A stretch of DNA of 64,000 nucleotides from Botryllus schlosseri (lineage: Eukaryota): the NCBI GenBank assembly GCA_051294905.1, contig CM119371.1, positions 38,132,001-38,196,000 of the forward strand, written 5' to 3'. This document shows positions 11,901 through 24,500 of this stretch, one piece after another. Each line of letters opens with the position of its first letter. Position 1 is the stretch's first letter. Position numbers and translations under genes: made by a program. Below the pieces are notes generated by a model, which saw only the letters and a program-made list of their open reading frames with translations, had not been told where the DNA came from and did not search any database.

Positions 11901-13917
11901 TTCACGTGCATTTTTGCCCGTGTTAATTGAATATATCTCCCTTGAAGCTCTAACATTTTCACTTCCTTATCGCCCCTTAGGTATTTTCGCCCCCTTGTTT
12001 TACAAAATCTCCCACTCGGGGACAATATCGCCCAGGCTGGGAACCATTGCACAAGGCTACCAATATTTGTGCGACGGAAATTCATGTCAAGTATAGTGAT
12101 CGAATCGATTTTATCGAGTAGGTACTAAGATGACACGCACCTTTTCCACAAAGAGTAATATTATTACCGATAATTATAGTTTCGATACTTTCTTTTCAAT
12201 ATTGACGCTTTTAAGCCTCGACTGGCCACGTCACAGCATGCATAACATGTGACACCAGGCTGTGTATGTCGATGGAATGGACTTTTGTTTTATGATACCC
12301 AATGAAATGATCGCGGTAAAGAAGTACAATATGAATTTTGGTGACTTGCAGCTGAATCGCTGCGCTACTACAGCGGCATTTAAAGGTATATTCAAGTCGT
12401 TCGAGTCATTGTAAGTCATTCGTACTCGAGTCCAAATCAGTTAGGCACTTGAATTTCCGCAACCCACATACAGAGGGGGGTCATTAAGAATTACTTCTAC
12501 TCGCACTATCCACTCAAATGGTTGAGTGTCGCATGTTGTATGTCTACTAGAGTCACTGTTAGTATAAAATTACAATCAGCACGATAATTCCGACACTGTA
12601 ATTTGAAACAAAGCGATTTGGGATTTCTTTAGATCAATAATATTTTTTGAAGAGACTTGTAGGTAAAATTGAATAATATATTCACATTGACATAAACCTA
12701 CGCATTTTCGGCTTAATATTGTTTCTGTATTGTTACTTTTTAGTATTGTAATATTTTTTCAATAATATATTTTATATTAGAATGCATTTTCAGGTAGATT
12801 CGCAGATTTGAGCTTGGAAGAGCAACGGGAAATGGCCCGCGTCGCATTGCTGCATCTTCCCGAGACTTTCATCGCGGATGACAAATACGTGACCAAGGAA
12901 ATCAACGTTGTGACGTCGCAGGTAGGTCATGGCTGATTGGTACTAGAGCAGGGGTGGCCAACCTTTTGACCAAGTGACCGCATGCCATTTTCCAAGCTAT
13001 TGTGCGGGCCACTTGAGCTTTGAAAACCTTTTGTTTGGAGCTAGATTGGGAGACTGTGAACGCAAGACTTGTCTTACTATGTGCAGCAAAATCGTTGACA
13101 TTTATGTCATGCATTCGTGTTCTATCTGCGCAAAGATAGTTCAGGTAACGCATGAATTCGATCAATAATATCAGTACTTGCATATATTGCGGGTCACATC
13201 TGTACCGCGGGGCTCATAGTGGAATGACAAGAGTACATGGCGCCTTGACAGATTTGTGCCAACACTGCTAGCTCGATCATTTTTGGCAAACACTTGATCG
13301 CTGACGATTATTCTGGGAGCTCAATCTCGGAGTCGCAAGTGCACCAAAATTTTATATAGGCTACCTTAGTGCGTCCTGACTTGGAGATGACTAGAGCTGA
13401 AATTCCGGCCCCGCGGGTAGGACACCACTAGCCTGAGGGATCCAAACGGCCTCGATATATACCGGGACTATTTCGTTTTCTCATAATTGCGAATATTAGT
13501 CAAGCTTTTAATAATTTTTGCGGGGGCAAGAAATCTAAGCGCGAGACGCGAAAAAATTCAGGTCAGTGTGTTGATGCTGTTGATTTTTTTACTCGTAAAA
13601 ATCCTAAATTTCGTTGTCAGACTAGTCAAAATTTTGGTTCACCATAAATTACCCAGCAATTCATTTTTGTAATAATAATAGTAGTTTCGAAAATTATGAC
13701 TGGGGTCACTCAAAACCTTCCCGGGTCGGCCTGCCCTGTCTGAGAGTAACATCACAGCATTTTCTGTTTACAGGTTATCCAGCAAGAGATAGTTCCGTCG
13801 TTGGCGCCGCAAGAAGTGAGAGAGATGGCGGAGAGGAGTGAGGAGGAAAACTCGTCCTCCTCTTCTTCATCTTCCTCTTCACCGGATACGAACAGGAAGA
13901 AGTTCAAGAAGAAATGA
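2932..13917 (+). CDS. 3' portion of an unrecognised multi-exon gene encoding a Ser-rich, charged, low-complexity protein ending ..SSSSSSSSSSPDTNRKKFKKK*
   Basis: Phase-consistent GT-AG exons at 4850-4963, 5066-5112, 5319-5414, 6560-6667, 7609-7770, 7830-7922, 8006-8101, 8164-8256, 8372-8410, 10190-10234, 12794-12921 and 13774-13917 (TGA). Upstream candidates 2932-3056 and 3161-3365 have unresolved phase. Confidence 0.75.
3161..3365 (+). CDS. Candidate exon of the Ser-rich gene (TATDDDVVKETPPKMWRNTF...KRGDELE)
   Basis: gacag acceptor, GC-rich open frame, AAG|GTTCGG donor; phase link to the next exon uncertain. Confidence 0.5.
3646..4589. mobile_element. hAT (Charlie-like) MITE carrying ~3 internal tandem ~190-bp repeats
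   Basis: TIR CAGGGGCGGGCAAC/GTTGCCCGCCCCTG; degenerate TSD tactagac/tactaaag; repeat units start near 3750, 3936 and 4126. Confidence 0.8.
4850..5414 (+). CDS. Three exons of the Ser-rich gene (4850-4963, 5066-5112, 5319-5414)
   Basis: Splice sites ttccag/GTAAGT, ttcag/GTGCCG and gttcag/GTATTC; spliced frame HDRVNIESL...FRRLQRSRSESPVERDESGLAGDSSSSSSSDSS.. Confidence 0.7.
6560..6667 (+). CDS. Exon of the Ser-rich gene (GFPVDDSILPKGPSPIQEEEEDRTSSGKLEISSQSS)
   Basis: atttcag acceptor, GTACGC donor, phase 1-1. Confidence 0.75.
7047..7527 (+). mobile_element. hAT MITE, GACTCGAGTC-rich family
   Basis: Left end CAGGGTTGTAACC; TSD ttactttg/gtactttg (7/8). Confidence 0.8.
7609..8410 (+). CDS. Five exons of the Ser-rich gene including the duplicated two-exon cassette
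   Basis: Exons 7609-7770, 7830-7922, 8006-8101, 8164-8256 and 8372-8410 are all phase 1-1; repeated peptide SSSSSSGSEYTEPLIGxELD...KSASSKGSSCDV. Confidence 0.8.
8846..9213. mobile_element. hAT MITE nested in a GACTCGAGTC-family MITE (~8715-9522)
   Basis: TIR TAGGGCAAGTTTT/AAAACTTGCCCTA; TSD gtgatatc/gtggtatc; the host element resumes after it. Confidence 0.8.
9856..10139 (+). mobile_element. hAT MITE (CAGTGGTTCT termini); related copy at ~49229-49545
   Basis: Ends CAGTGGTTCTAAAAC..GTTTGAGAACCACT; internal sequence matches the 49.2-49.5 kb copy. Confidence 0.7.
10190..10234 (+). CDS. Exon of the Ser-rich gene (GIDSHKKSSTSSLEN)
   Basis: Polypyrimidine tract plus cag acceptor, GTGAGA donor, phase 1-1. 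Confidence 0.7.
10761..11163 (+). mobile_element. hAT MITE, GACTCGAGTC-rich family
   Basis: Ends CAGGGTT..AACCCTG; perfect 8-bp TSD ctttccaa. Confidence 0.88.
12794..12921 (+). CDS. Exon of the Ser-rich gene (SRFADLSLEEQREMARVALLHLPETFIADDKYVTKEINVVTSQ)
   Basis: ttttcag acceptor, GTAGGT donor, GC-rich island in an AT-rich intron. Confidence 0.8.
13774..13917 (+). CDS. Terminal exon of the Ser-rich gene (VIQQEIVPSLAPQEVREMAERSEEENSSSSSSSSSSPDTNRKKFKKK*)
   Basis: gtttacag acceptor in phase 0; TGA at 13915-13917. Confidence 0.8.
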   Translation, partial: VIQQEIVPSLAPQEVREMAERSEEENSSSSSSSSSSPDTNRKKFKKK

Positions 13918-14860
13918 ATTTTTGTTAATTCCTTGTCAAAGTTTATTCGCAATTAATTTTTCAACATCTATTAGTTTTAATTATCGTCGGCACTACGAAT
14001 AACAGATATCTTTTATACGTAATACCGATTTGCTGTCAACGCAAGGCACAAAATGAGACACGAGTGCAGTTTCCGTGCGGGATGCGATCGTTTTTTTTCA
14101 CGCAATGAATTAGCGAAAAAAGATCTTTCGATTCAAAAATTAACGGAACTGATATCGAGCCTGCGCCTTCATAAACAAACACACGGATTTTCACCCTAAA
14201 AATCGGGCTGCAATGCCACAACGGATCGTTTGCAACGCCAGAGGTTATAAAGATATTAGTCTTATAGGCAGATAAGGTTCTACGGAGGTATTAACGACGT
14301 CGGCTAATATGCAATGTACGCATTTTCGTGGAAGTTACTGTTATAGAGCGTTTGTCGTGTCCGATGGCCTGTGAGGGTGTACAGCTAGTCCGTTGTCTAC
14401 GGATAGCGACATACAAATATACTCATTTACTCAACTGGAAGTATAGCTGATACGAACGTCCTGACGAATGAGTTCTTGACTAGTAGTTCAACAGACGACC
14501 ATTTGCCTTTTCCAGATATATTGTACGGATAAATCAATCAGTATACGTTTTCTATTACACATAAATCTCATCCTCTCAGTGATCCAATATACGGTATGCA
14601 CTTGGTTTTATACCAACGGCGAATATAAGTCACGTGATCTGGTAATATTCCATAACGGATAGGAGAGAGAGAGACAGGGCTCTGCACTGTATTGAATTCA
14701 AGTAAAAGTTATATAAAAATAAACGTACGACGGTGCGTTTCAAATACAATAAGCTATTGCATATGTCTAGCTAGGCGAATATGAAACTATAGGGAGAAGG
14801 GGGTGACTGAGGCATTTGGCACCCAGCCTGTTTATCCTTGGAACTATATGTCCCTATGGG

Positions 14861-15291
14861 CAGTGGTGGCTTTTGGGGTGGGCGAGGTGGGCGGTCGCCC
14901 GGGGCCCCCCTGGTCGAAGGGGCCCCCCCTATTCGGATTATTCGCGTTTTTAAGGATAATAACGAATAAACATGGAAATCCGTGTACGAAGCAAGAATAT
15001 GATTCCGTACGGATGTGTCAATCATCATCAAATCTCTGCATTTGTTAGAAAAGTCCCGTATCCCGATGATCATCACGTCTCTGCATGCGATAGAATTACT
15101 TAGTCTTGATGTAGTCTATCCTTAGACACATACAATAATAGACATAGCCGAATCCAGCAGCTCAACCTTACCGCGGGAAAGGGGGGTCTGGGGGGCGGAG
15201 CCCCCCATAAGTTACGGTTAGATAGCCTACTTATAGGCCTCCCCCCCGGTAAGTCTCGCCCAGGGCCCCCCCGTTCGTAAGGCCACCACTG
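14861..15291. mobile_element. hAT MITE with GC-rich ends
   Basis: TIR CAGTGGTGGC/GCCACCACTG; TSD cctatggg/cctatagg. Confidence 0.8.
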
Positions 15292-16038
15292 CCTATAGGA
15301 CAAGACTACAAATCTCGTCATGTACTGTGATATGTGCATTTATGCAAGTAACAATATTTGTGACCAAATTCATTCATAAACTTTGAAACTGTTATGCGAC
15401 CGGCGATTTATACACTTTCGATCCGTATCTCTTCCTGCAAGTCCGGTGCAGTCGTCACCTTTGGCGGAAGCAGACTGCGCTATTAGAACTGGTAGCTACT
15501 GTCGTTGGATACAATTATCCGAGTATTCCATGCAAACTGCAGGATATAGGAAGAAAATTATTTCGTGTTTAGTATCCGCTATAGGTCCAATGCCACATTC
15601 AGCTTATCTAGTGTAACTTGAAACTTATATACGCTGTATAATTTGGATCAAGAAGAAGCAGATCTTACGGATAGCGGGCATAATGATGAAGATTTTGTAA
15701 TCGAAGATGATTCAGAAAGTAGAGTAGGCTAGTCGATCAACACAAGGTAAATGAGCTGACATGGGCTCTGGGCTTTGGGTCTTGGAATAGAAATATTCGC
15801 AACATTACAAGCATCCTTGCGAATTGAGAAAAGATTACTTGGCAAGAGAGAGAGAGAAGATATCTCACATTCGATCATGAGAAACGGTGTTTTTATCGTA
15901 GGGCTACTTTCGGTAACTTGTGCATTGCTGGGATACTGGCAGTGGCACGATATTGTTACCATGGGCTGCTGGAGGAGTTAGGAATCCCGATTTACAACTC
16001 AAGTGAATGGCAAAAGTCTATTGGTATAGCTCATAAAG

Positions 16039-16975
16039 CAGTGGTCGGGAACCTATGGCTCGCGAGCCATATATGGCTCTTTTGGGTGTAAGATATGGCT
16101 CTTTGCCAAATGTTTATTTTTGTACTGAATTGATCAATATTGCAGCGACTTGTTGGTAAATTTTCATCACGGCTAAAATAACTATGATCGTGGCAGTATA
16201 AACACGTCTTTGAGAGGTAAAGACAATGCCGTCTTCACGTTTAGGGGCTCGGACCCCCTCTTTTCAAAATCATAAAATTTAGGTTACTGTCACGCCAGCG
16301 GCCAATATCACTCGCGAATTCTATGTACCGACTCGAAAAATTGAACTGTGCGATACGTTGATTAATCAAAGAGCATTAGACATGGCGACGACCATTTCGA
16401 AACGAAGTTTTCAAATACCCATTCTGTTCCTGATCTACGGTGCGAAATGAACTGTTGTGGATGTGACATTCACAATTAAAAACTGAATTACAAACAACGC
16501 CATAGTTATCCACGAACGTGATTGGTAAGTATAGCTCTGTGTAGTACCGGCGATAAAATGTATGCGTGTCGCGCAGCGTTATGTTACCGCCGAATACTTT
16601 GAGAATTGAGAAGTCTATACGCATTTAGATTTTCGGAATCAGTGTGACACTGTGACAGTCACATTCGATTAATATCAGTTATAACGAATTCTAAGCTACT
16701 TACGATGAATTGCGTTATCAATGGTGAGGCTTGGCCCGTCTGTGACTTACCTCTCGCTTCGAGCTTTATTTTCGAACAATAAATTCCAGTTTTTACAGAG
16801 AAAATATGGCGCACACGAGGAATCCCATGTAGTGAGTTCGAATTATTGCTACTATGACGTCACAAATTTTCAATTGTGACGTAACTGTTGATTGGCATGT
16901 ATGGCTCTTTGGAAGTTGAGATGGAAAAAATAGGGCCAATATGGCTCTTCGGACATAAAAGGTTCCCGACCACTG
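16039..16975. mobile_element. hAT (Charlie-like) non-autonomous element
   Basis: TIR CAGTGGTCGGGAACCT; perfect TSD tcataaag; subterminal ATATGGCTCT repeats. Confidence 0.9.
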
Positions 16976-17229
16976 TCATAAAGGATCCTAAAGTGTGGCA
17001 TTGTCAAAAATAGTAACGTCTTAGGCGCGGTAGCAATTGCACTTTCAGTTAGTCTTCGTGAATGATACAGAAACATTGAATTGTTTCCCGATTGGATTAT
17101 ATGTGTCACATTTGAAATATTGTGTTTTCTTGTGACCAGACAATAAAAATGCACAATGGGACATGCACATGTAACCCTGATACACATGTGCGAATTCCAG
17201 ATGTTATGTCGGACAGCAGACATTCAAAA

Positions 17230-17771
17230 AGGCTTGAGTATCTAAATAATTTCACGGAAAACCTTGGCATAGTCAGCGATGGACAAGGACAAAGTGTCGC
17301 CCAATATATGAAGATGATGGAGGGTATATACGATACCAGAGTAGATTGGAGCTTACGTAGGCTATGTTAGCTGACTATTGCTCTGTTATCAAACGAGACA
17401 ATCCACTGAATTATGAGTTATTAGCGGAAATGTGGACCCTGAAACCAGGGTTATATAGTTCTAAATATCCCTGCCTGAAACTCACACATTATTTGTCCTG
17501 CAGAAGCAATATCAGTTTAAATCAGCCAAAGAAAGCTATAGTCTATATTAGGCCTATTTTCGACTGCATGTGGCTTTTGCGAAGTTTTATACAATAAACA
17601 CAAAATATTAAAAGTAGTCGTCTTATGTGGGTTATGAGACAATGTGGTGGGTGTCCAACCCAAAAACTTGACGTGATAGAGAGAAACGGAAGTCATTTTT
17701 GAATTCAGCGCCCAAAAGTTAGACAAAATTAATTGTCTGATCAAAGTCAACAAAAATTGGGTTGACCAGTG
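17230..17771 (+). mobile_element. Degraded CMC/Chapaev3-like transposon 3' end
   Basis: Peptides LNNFTENLGIVSDGQG..MEG.Y and MLADYC..KRD resemble the FPENLGAVSDEQGERFHQD...MLADYCW transposase C-terminus; terminus ..GACCAGTG followed by TAA. Family assignment is from recall. Confidence 0.6.
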
Positions 17772-18086
17772 TAATATACGCTCCTTCCCACTGAGGTCAA
17801 CTTATAAACTAGAGAAACATGAGTATTCTATTGCTCGATTCCCGATAACACAATCACTCAGGTAGGCCTACTCGAAGTTTGTTTCCCAAGCGGTGCGGGG
17901 AATATTTTTATTTTATTTGCTTCATCAATCTGCTGAACTAAATATTAAAGTTTCAACCAGTCAATATAATACAAGATTGTGATACAAATCAACAGATAGG
18001 AAGGTTCCGAAACGACTTTGGAGTAATCTTTGAAATCAGACACCCACCTTTGCATAGGTGAAGTAAAGAGAGGAGCCATACACACC

Positions 18087-18280
18087 CGGGCTGCGGAGTC
18101 GGTAAATTTTACCACCGACTCCCACTCCGACTCCGACTCCACATATTTTCAATGGACCGACTGCGACTCCGACTCCGACGTCTTTAAACGTACCGACTCC
18201 GGCTCCGACTCCAGCTCCTGAGTCTTTAAACTTACCGACTCCAACTCCGACTCCGATTCCGACTCCAACCCTGACTCCAA
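18087..18280. repeat. (CCGACT)n subterminal repeats of a hAT MITE end
   Basis: GGGCTGCGGAGTCGG followed by many CTCCGA units; related sequence at 36481-36938. Confidence 0.7.
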
Positions 18281-19305
18281 CAGTATTACCAATTTACTTC
18301 GAAAATTTTATGCCACATGGACGGATAAATGACTATCATATACCTATTAGATCTATGCAAACATAGGATTAACGATGGCATGTGAAATTGTTTCATTGTG
18401 GCACAGCTCGAATTATTCACTATGTATGAAATATTTGCTTTTTTCATATTTTATCAGTTTTTATAACATGAACTATAACATAATATGTATGAATCATTCA
18501 AACACGGCATATATCCCACCCTGTATAATTAAAATATAGATAACACCATAGTGTCCTATATGGTGTCGACACAAGCAAATCTCACGGCTCAGTGAAATTG
18601 TATCACGTCACAATTTCCATTTGGCTACAGGCAATTTGACGGTCATTTTTGACCAGCTTGCCGAGCATTAAATTTGGTAAAACGTGTATCAATCGAAAGC
18701 TGACTCTGCACTGATGACGAAAATATAAATTTTATTCCGCTCGTGGCCCTGGAACTCCCACAATCAGCCTCGAATTTTTCATTGTTATGGAGATTGGCAT
18801 TGGGACGCAACAATGCTGTCTGGCGAAACGAGAGAGTAACGAGAGTTGTCTCGTGGCCGGCCACAGTGAATTTCATGGCCGGCCATATGAATTCATCGTG
18901 GCCGGCCACGAGTTTATGGCCAGTTCGTGATTTTGGCGCATCTAGTTGTATCAAAATCCTCCATTTGCATCCAATCTGACTATACCCAAGTATAGATCTT
19001 CTCCATCTGCACTACGAACTTGCTGGCGGATTGGTTTGTAGACGAATTCCACTAACATTGCACGTAGGGGAGATGTGGTACTGATGGATCAAAAATTGGA
19101 AAATGATCGCTGGCCCCAAAATGTTCAGCCGAAAACAGCAGATCTTTTGCTGGCTCAGCACTTTGATACAAGCTCTACCTATCGCGCCCATATACATGAA
19201 TATCCGTCTTTTCGAAAAATATTTATGGACGTTTAAAATTTGTTGCTCGAACGTGTCATCGGTCCTCACCCGGTGGGTCCAATGGCACACGACCCGGGGA
19301 CCTAT

Positions 19306-20976
19306 CAGGGTTGTAACCAAGTCACATTGTTCCGAATCACGAGTCAATCTTACTTTTTTGGTTTTGACTCGAGTCAAGTCGAGTCATTTTCAATTCATCA
19401 CCGAGTCGAGTCCGAGTCCAAGTCACCGTTTAAAGGCTCAAGTCCGAGTCATGGTGCTATGACTCGAGTCGAGTCCAAGTCACAGTATTGAAGTCATGTT
19501 CAACTCATGTTTTCAATCCTGAATTAGCTTATACCTTATAGAGAATCAACGAATTCATTCTACATCTACATGCTATCTGATATAGAACCAACGAATTCAC
19601 GTCTAGATACCAGCTGATAGAGAATCAACAGATGCATGTTTATGTAGACGTACAGTTTTTCTTTCACATTGTCAGGTGGTTGACTGAAAAAAGGTCAGCT
19701 TTCCTGCTCAGCCCCGGAGCGTTACTAATATGAGAGGAAAGTTTGGATTAACTACAAATAGAGATTTTCGAATTTTATCGGCCACCTCATGATATTGTTA
19801 TATTGTGTAAAAATATGATTCATAGCAAATTTGGCTCAATTCCAACTAGAAAAAGCGAATTTATTAGAGTGGAATATTTTGGATATGAAAAAATAGTCGG
19901 CTTACTACTAGCATGTAATTATATTATATGAAATAATTTCTCACCAAAAACACTCCCTTTATTTTCAAATATAGAATTTTCTCCTTTCATATCATTGATT
20001 CTACTTTTTAAAATTAAGCCAGATTCAGTGTTTTTTTTATGCAACATAACAATTTTACCAAGTAGCCACCCAGTAAAATAAATAAGAAGTTATTTTTTCA
20101 GAACAACCCTATTGTAAAAAAATCACACAACATTAGGCATTCATTATTACTCACGTGCACAATGCACATACCTAACAAAACGTCAAATGGATGGAGTGTA
20201 TTGTGTGTTTTCACTGACAGCAGATCAAATCAATGATGAGTTACAATTCAAAAATACTAAAGTGGAAAGGAGATCCTCATATATGTTATAGCGGCATGAC
20301 CTTAGAATAAATCCACATCTACTGAAACACGTTCCGCTGGTGCACTAGATACAGGAATTGACAAGCATTTTTGAACCACATTGAAGAGCACTGGATACTC
20401 ATTATTTCTGATCGCCCAATAATGCAAAGAATCATCGCCTTCAAATCTACACATGAGCTTATCAGTCTCTTCCAAGTACTTGACCATCTGAGTCATTTCA
20501 TTGCCTCTAATTGAACTTTGCTTCGATTGCTCGCTTGTACAATTGAAAAGTATCGAGTACTTTTATTGCGGAGGATCTATTACCTCTTCATCACAGGATA
20601 ATTTTGTACAATGCTTTGCTCCTATATGTGCCATTGTCTGTTTATTTTACGGCGGCATATCTGATATCAGACGAGTGCAACGAAAGCAGTGGCGTCAAAT
20701 AGCGATATTGGCAGAATTCGTCATATGCGTTGATCTAGCCAGTACGATTCGCAAATTTCTTCATCTTCAAGTCATATAAAATGTGCCGAGTCAATGACTT
20801 GGGTCGAGTCACGCGTAATGACTCGAGTACAAGTCGAGTCAATCCAAATATTGACTCGAGTCGAGTCGAGTCATTTTCCATTTTCAAGAAAATGACTCGA
20901 GTCAAGTCGAGTCACCAAAAATTCGTGACTAGAGTCTGACTCGAGTCGAGTTATGACTCGAGTCATTACAACCCTG
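19306..20976 (-). mobile_element. Internally deleted hAT transposon of the GACTCGAGTC family with a transposase remnant
   Basis: Ends CAGGGTTGTAA..TTACAACCCTG; perfect TSD ggacctat; the minus-strand peptide at 20302-20496 (LHYW...YPVL...LSIPVSSAPAERVS) is the hAT C-terminal dimerisation motif. Confidence 0.9.
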
Positions 20977-21169
20977 GGACCTATGACACATATACCCTAA
21001 AAAACTCAGATGTGACAACTTTTCTTGCTCAGTATTATAATCTAAGCTACAGTAAGCCAAAAAAGAATGTTTGGTCGCAACCGTCAAAAAATAGAATAAA
21101 TATTAACTCAAATGTCGTCATAAAATCACGTTTCGATTTAGGCTCGGACTTATAAATTTGAGGGTACAT

Positions 21170-22852
21170 TAGGGTTGCCATACGTCCGGAATTTCCCGGA
21201 CATGTCCGGAATTTCACTGTTCAAAGTAGCGTCTGGGAGGAATTTATAAAATAGGCCAAATGTCCGGAATTTTTACGTAGGTTCATAATTTTTTCGTAAA
21301 TCAACATAAAAACATTATTTTGGGGAATATTTATGCCAGGGTTGTAACCAAGTCATTAGGCTCCGAGTCACAAGTCAATCTCAGTTTTTTAGTTCTGACT
21401 CGAGTCAAGTCGAGTCATTTTCAATTCACCACCGAGTCCAGTCCGAGTCCAAGTCACCGAGGAGAGGTTCGAGTCCGAGTCATGGTAGTATGACTCGAGT
21501 CAAGTCCAAGTCATTATGTTGACTTCCCAGTTTACAGTTAAAGGCTTGGTAAATCCACTTTTTATGACTCTGTTTGGTGATATCGAATGGTTCGCATTTA
21601 TAATATACTATTTTTTGTCATTTTTAGCAGTTTCTGGGCGTGTTTTCAAGTACCAGTACCAACAGACGAAATCCTAATAGTGTGATTACTGTACTATTCC
21701 TCGAAATTACAATGAAACGTCGGTCTTGGCCTCCTGAGTCTCGAGTCATATGACTTGGTTCGAGTCATGCACAATGACTCGAGTCCAAGTCGAGTAAATA
21801 CACAAATTGACTCGAGTCGAGTCGAGTCATTTCCGTATTTTGAGAAAATGACTTGAGTCAAGTCGAATCATCTGAAGAACGTGACTCATCGAGTCGGACT
21901 CGAGTCGAGTCATGACTCGAGTCATTACGCCCTGATTTATGCTGATACACGACATTTTTCTTCGCGCCGCGCGCGATTCAATATCACATTTATTGATTGT
22001 AATATGGGCACTACCACCCTCGCCAAAACTGCAATAAAATATGAAGAAAAAACGACCTTCATTTACTGGAATAAGTTTAATCGCAATTATACGAGAACGG
22101 TATATTCCTTAAAATCGTTCAGGCAGTATAAATTCTTCATTCAAAGATAGTGGTTCCAAACGTGGGGGTCGTTTGCCTTTATTCTGGGGTTCGTGAACAT
22201 GCTGAACGCAATCAGCTTCCAAAATAGCCCGCGAGTAAGTGTGGGCAAAGGTGCTGACTTCTTTTAGTAATCAGCTCGTCAAATTTTGATCTGGGCCACG
22301 GAACATTTTCAAATTGGAGATGGAGTCGCGACCATAAAAGGTTGGCTTAAGGCTGATGAACAATCTTATCGATGGGACATGAACAATGTTCATTGAACAT
22401 GATTTAACGATGTACAATTACGCTCCCTGTATTTTCGAATTCATCATCCTCCACCAGCTCTACCGCTAACTCTGATCATGCGGGCGGAGAGTAGTAACTA
22501 TATACTAATATATGGAACAACCAATATTATTGACAGAATTCATTCAAAAAATCATAGGTAAGAATCATACAGCAACGACCCCCCTCCCACCCCACCCACC
22601 CGAAAGTGGCATCGATTGCCCTACGGTGGGCTCAAAAACATTGTTTATTTGGGCGGGAAGGGGATGGAAAAAAATGGTTTCGGTCCCGGTTACACAACAC
22701 ACAGCCACATAGGCTACTCCTGAACCGAATCGTGACCACCTCTGGTCTGTGAGTAAAGCTTTTGCTAGTGTGACTTCACAGCTCATATTGAAGTCCAGTA
22801 GTGGGCGCTAAAGAGTGTCCGGAATTTGGATCACAGAAATATGGTAACCCTA
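21170..22852. mobile_element. hAT element with TAGGGTTGCCATA/TATGGTAACCCTA ends
   Basis: TIR pair and TGTCCGGAATTT subterminal repeats; TSD not preserved. Confidence 0.6.
21337..21934 (+). mobile_element. hAT MITE, GACTCGAGTC family, nested in 21170-22852
   Basis: Perfect TSD atttatgc. Confidence 0.9.
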
Positions 22853-22926
22853 GGTTAAGGTCGCCAGGACAGGAACATTCGACGTCAGTCATTGAGGCAC
22901 CTACGGACAATTAAACACATATGTAT

Positions 22927-23490
22927 TAGAGGTCGACCGATATTGACTTTTGCAGCCGATACCGATACCGATTATCGACACACTCACAAGGCCGATAACC
23001 GATATCATAGGCCGATATTAATATGGAAGGAGCAGAGTACCATTTCGCTAAATATATTATATATTAGGCAAGATGGCACTTGTATATGCCACAGAAAACT
23101 GAACAACAAACGAGAAAACTGAAATTGAAAAGAATTATTGCCCAATTGTGCTCATTCGATGAAATTTGGGATAAGCCAAAAAGCAAAATATGATACAGAA
23201 TTGCAGATCAGTCCAGAAAAGGTAGATTGTAATGCAGGAAGCATAGTTTCTCTGCATGCTCACCCATCTAAACTCGTCCTGCAAGGGTAAATCTGTCATA
23301 TATCGCCCTTTGCGTCGTCGATTTCTTGAGATTGAGAACTACGGAGCATTGAATTTTCGAAATTTTTGATTTTTTTTAAATATAAAATATCGGCCGCAAT
23401 ATCGGCCTTCATAGGCCGATATTGGTAAATCGGGAAAGCTCTAAATATCGGCCTCGATAATCGGCCATGTCGATAATCGGTCGACCTCTA
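22927..23490. mobile_element. hAT MITE with CCGATA repeats
   Basis: TIR TAGAGGTCGACCGAT; perfect TSD atatgtat. Confidence 0.9.
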
Positions 23491-24309
23491 ATATGTATAT
23501 ATATCGAAGTTTTCGGTCAGCACGAGGGCATTCCTTTTCGGCCAAGGTCTTCTCGCTGCTGATCGTTCTGGCACACTTCTCGGAGTCGCATGTTACATGG
23601 CCTCTAACTTCATATGTATTGGTGCGTCGTGACGCAGTAATGGCCGACGCCGAAGTCTCCCATTTCCATAAATCATGCGTATTTTTGTTGGGTGACGGGG
23701 CCCCCAACATCAAGATACATGAAAATATTAAATCGCGCCCAGCGCGAAAATTTTTTGAAGAAGTCGCATTAATTTCTGAAAAATTACTCTATCATTCATG
23801 TTAATCCACGAAATAATTTTGAGCTTCCTTCTATTTCGGGCCCCCTACCCCCAATTGGGGGGTTTGAGGTGCGGTAGTTACGGTCCCGACTCCAATATAG
23901 CCGTTTTAACGTGGCATCGCCCCCTGGGGGGCGATATCGCCCACGTTGAGAACCACTGAGCTATACGAAACAAGTAAAACCATAATTTTCCATGTATAAA
24001 TACGCACATTTTAACCCATTTTTGTCCTAAAATCGGGGGGTGCGTAGGATACATGGGCATAACATTTTTGAAAAAATTTCCCTCAGAATAAAACTTGAAA
24101 TCACACCTTTCTTCTTGTTTGCTGTCAATCGCACATCACATTCAGCCATGCTGCATGAGCAGTAATTTGTATTATCAGTGTTGCGTGCGGCCAATTAGCG
24201 AGATTCGCTTGCGCCGTGCTGACAGCATGCGATCTCCTGCTGAGTTTGTTCACAGCGAAATTGGGTCATTGATTGCTGTAAGACCGCGCTATTCTCGTTG
24301 GCTTGATTC

Positions 24310-24500
24310 AGCATATCGCTACAAGAATAGGCCTGAATAATCGCATCTACAACAGACCAGGTGCGCTTGATATCATCGCTGGCCTAAACAATCGCATCTA
24401 CAGTAGGCCTAGTGCGCACGATATAATCGTTGACCTGAGCAATCACATCTGCAATAGGCCCGGTGCGCAAGATATCGTCGCCGGCCTGAACTATCGCGCC
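24310..24500 (+). repeat. ~51-bp degenerate tandem repeat; inverted related copy at ~28840-29190
   Basis: Unit ggcctgaataatcgcatctacaacagaccaggtgcgcttgatatcatcgct repeated about 3.5 times. Confidence 0.75.

Noticed and set aside
18030..18221. Ser-Asp repeat ORF (SDSDSD)
   Set aside because: Translation of (CCGACT)n MITE subterminal repeats.
19306..21934. GACTCGAGTC palindromic clusters as a CRISPR-like or REP array
   Set aside because: Spacing is irregular with no constant repeat/unique spacer structure. The clusters lie within hAT TIRs with 8-bp TSDs, so they are subterminal repeats in a eukaryotic genome.
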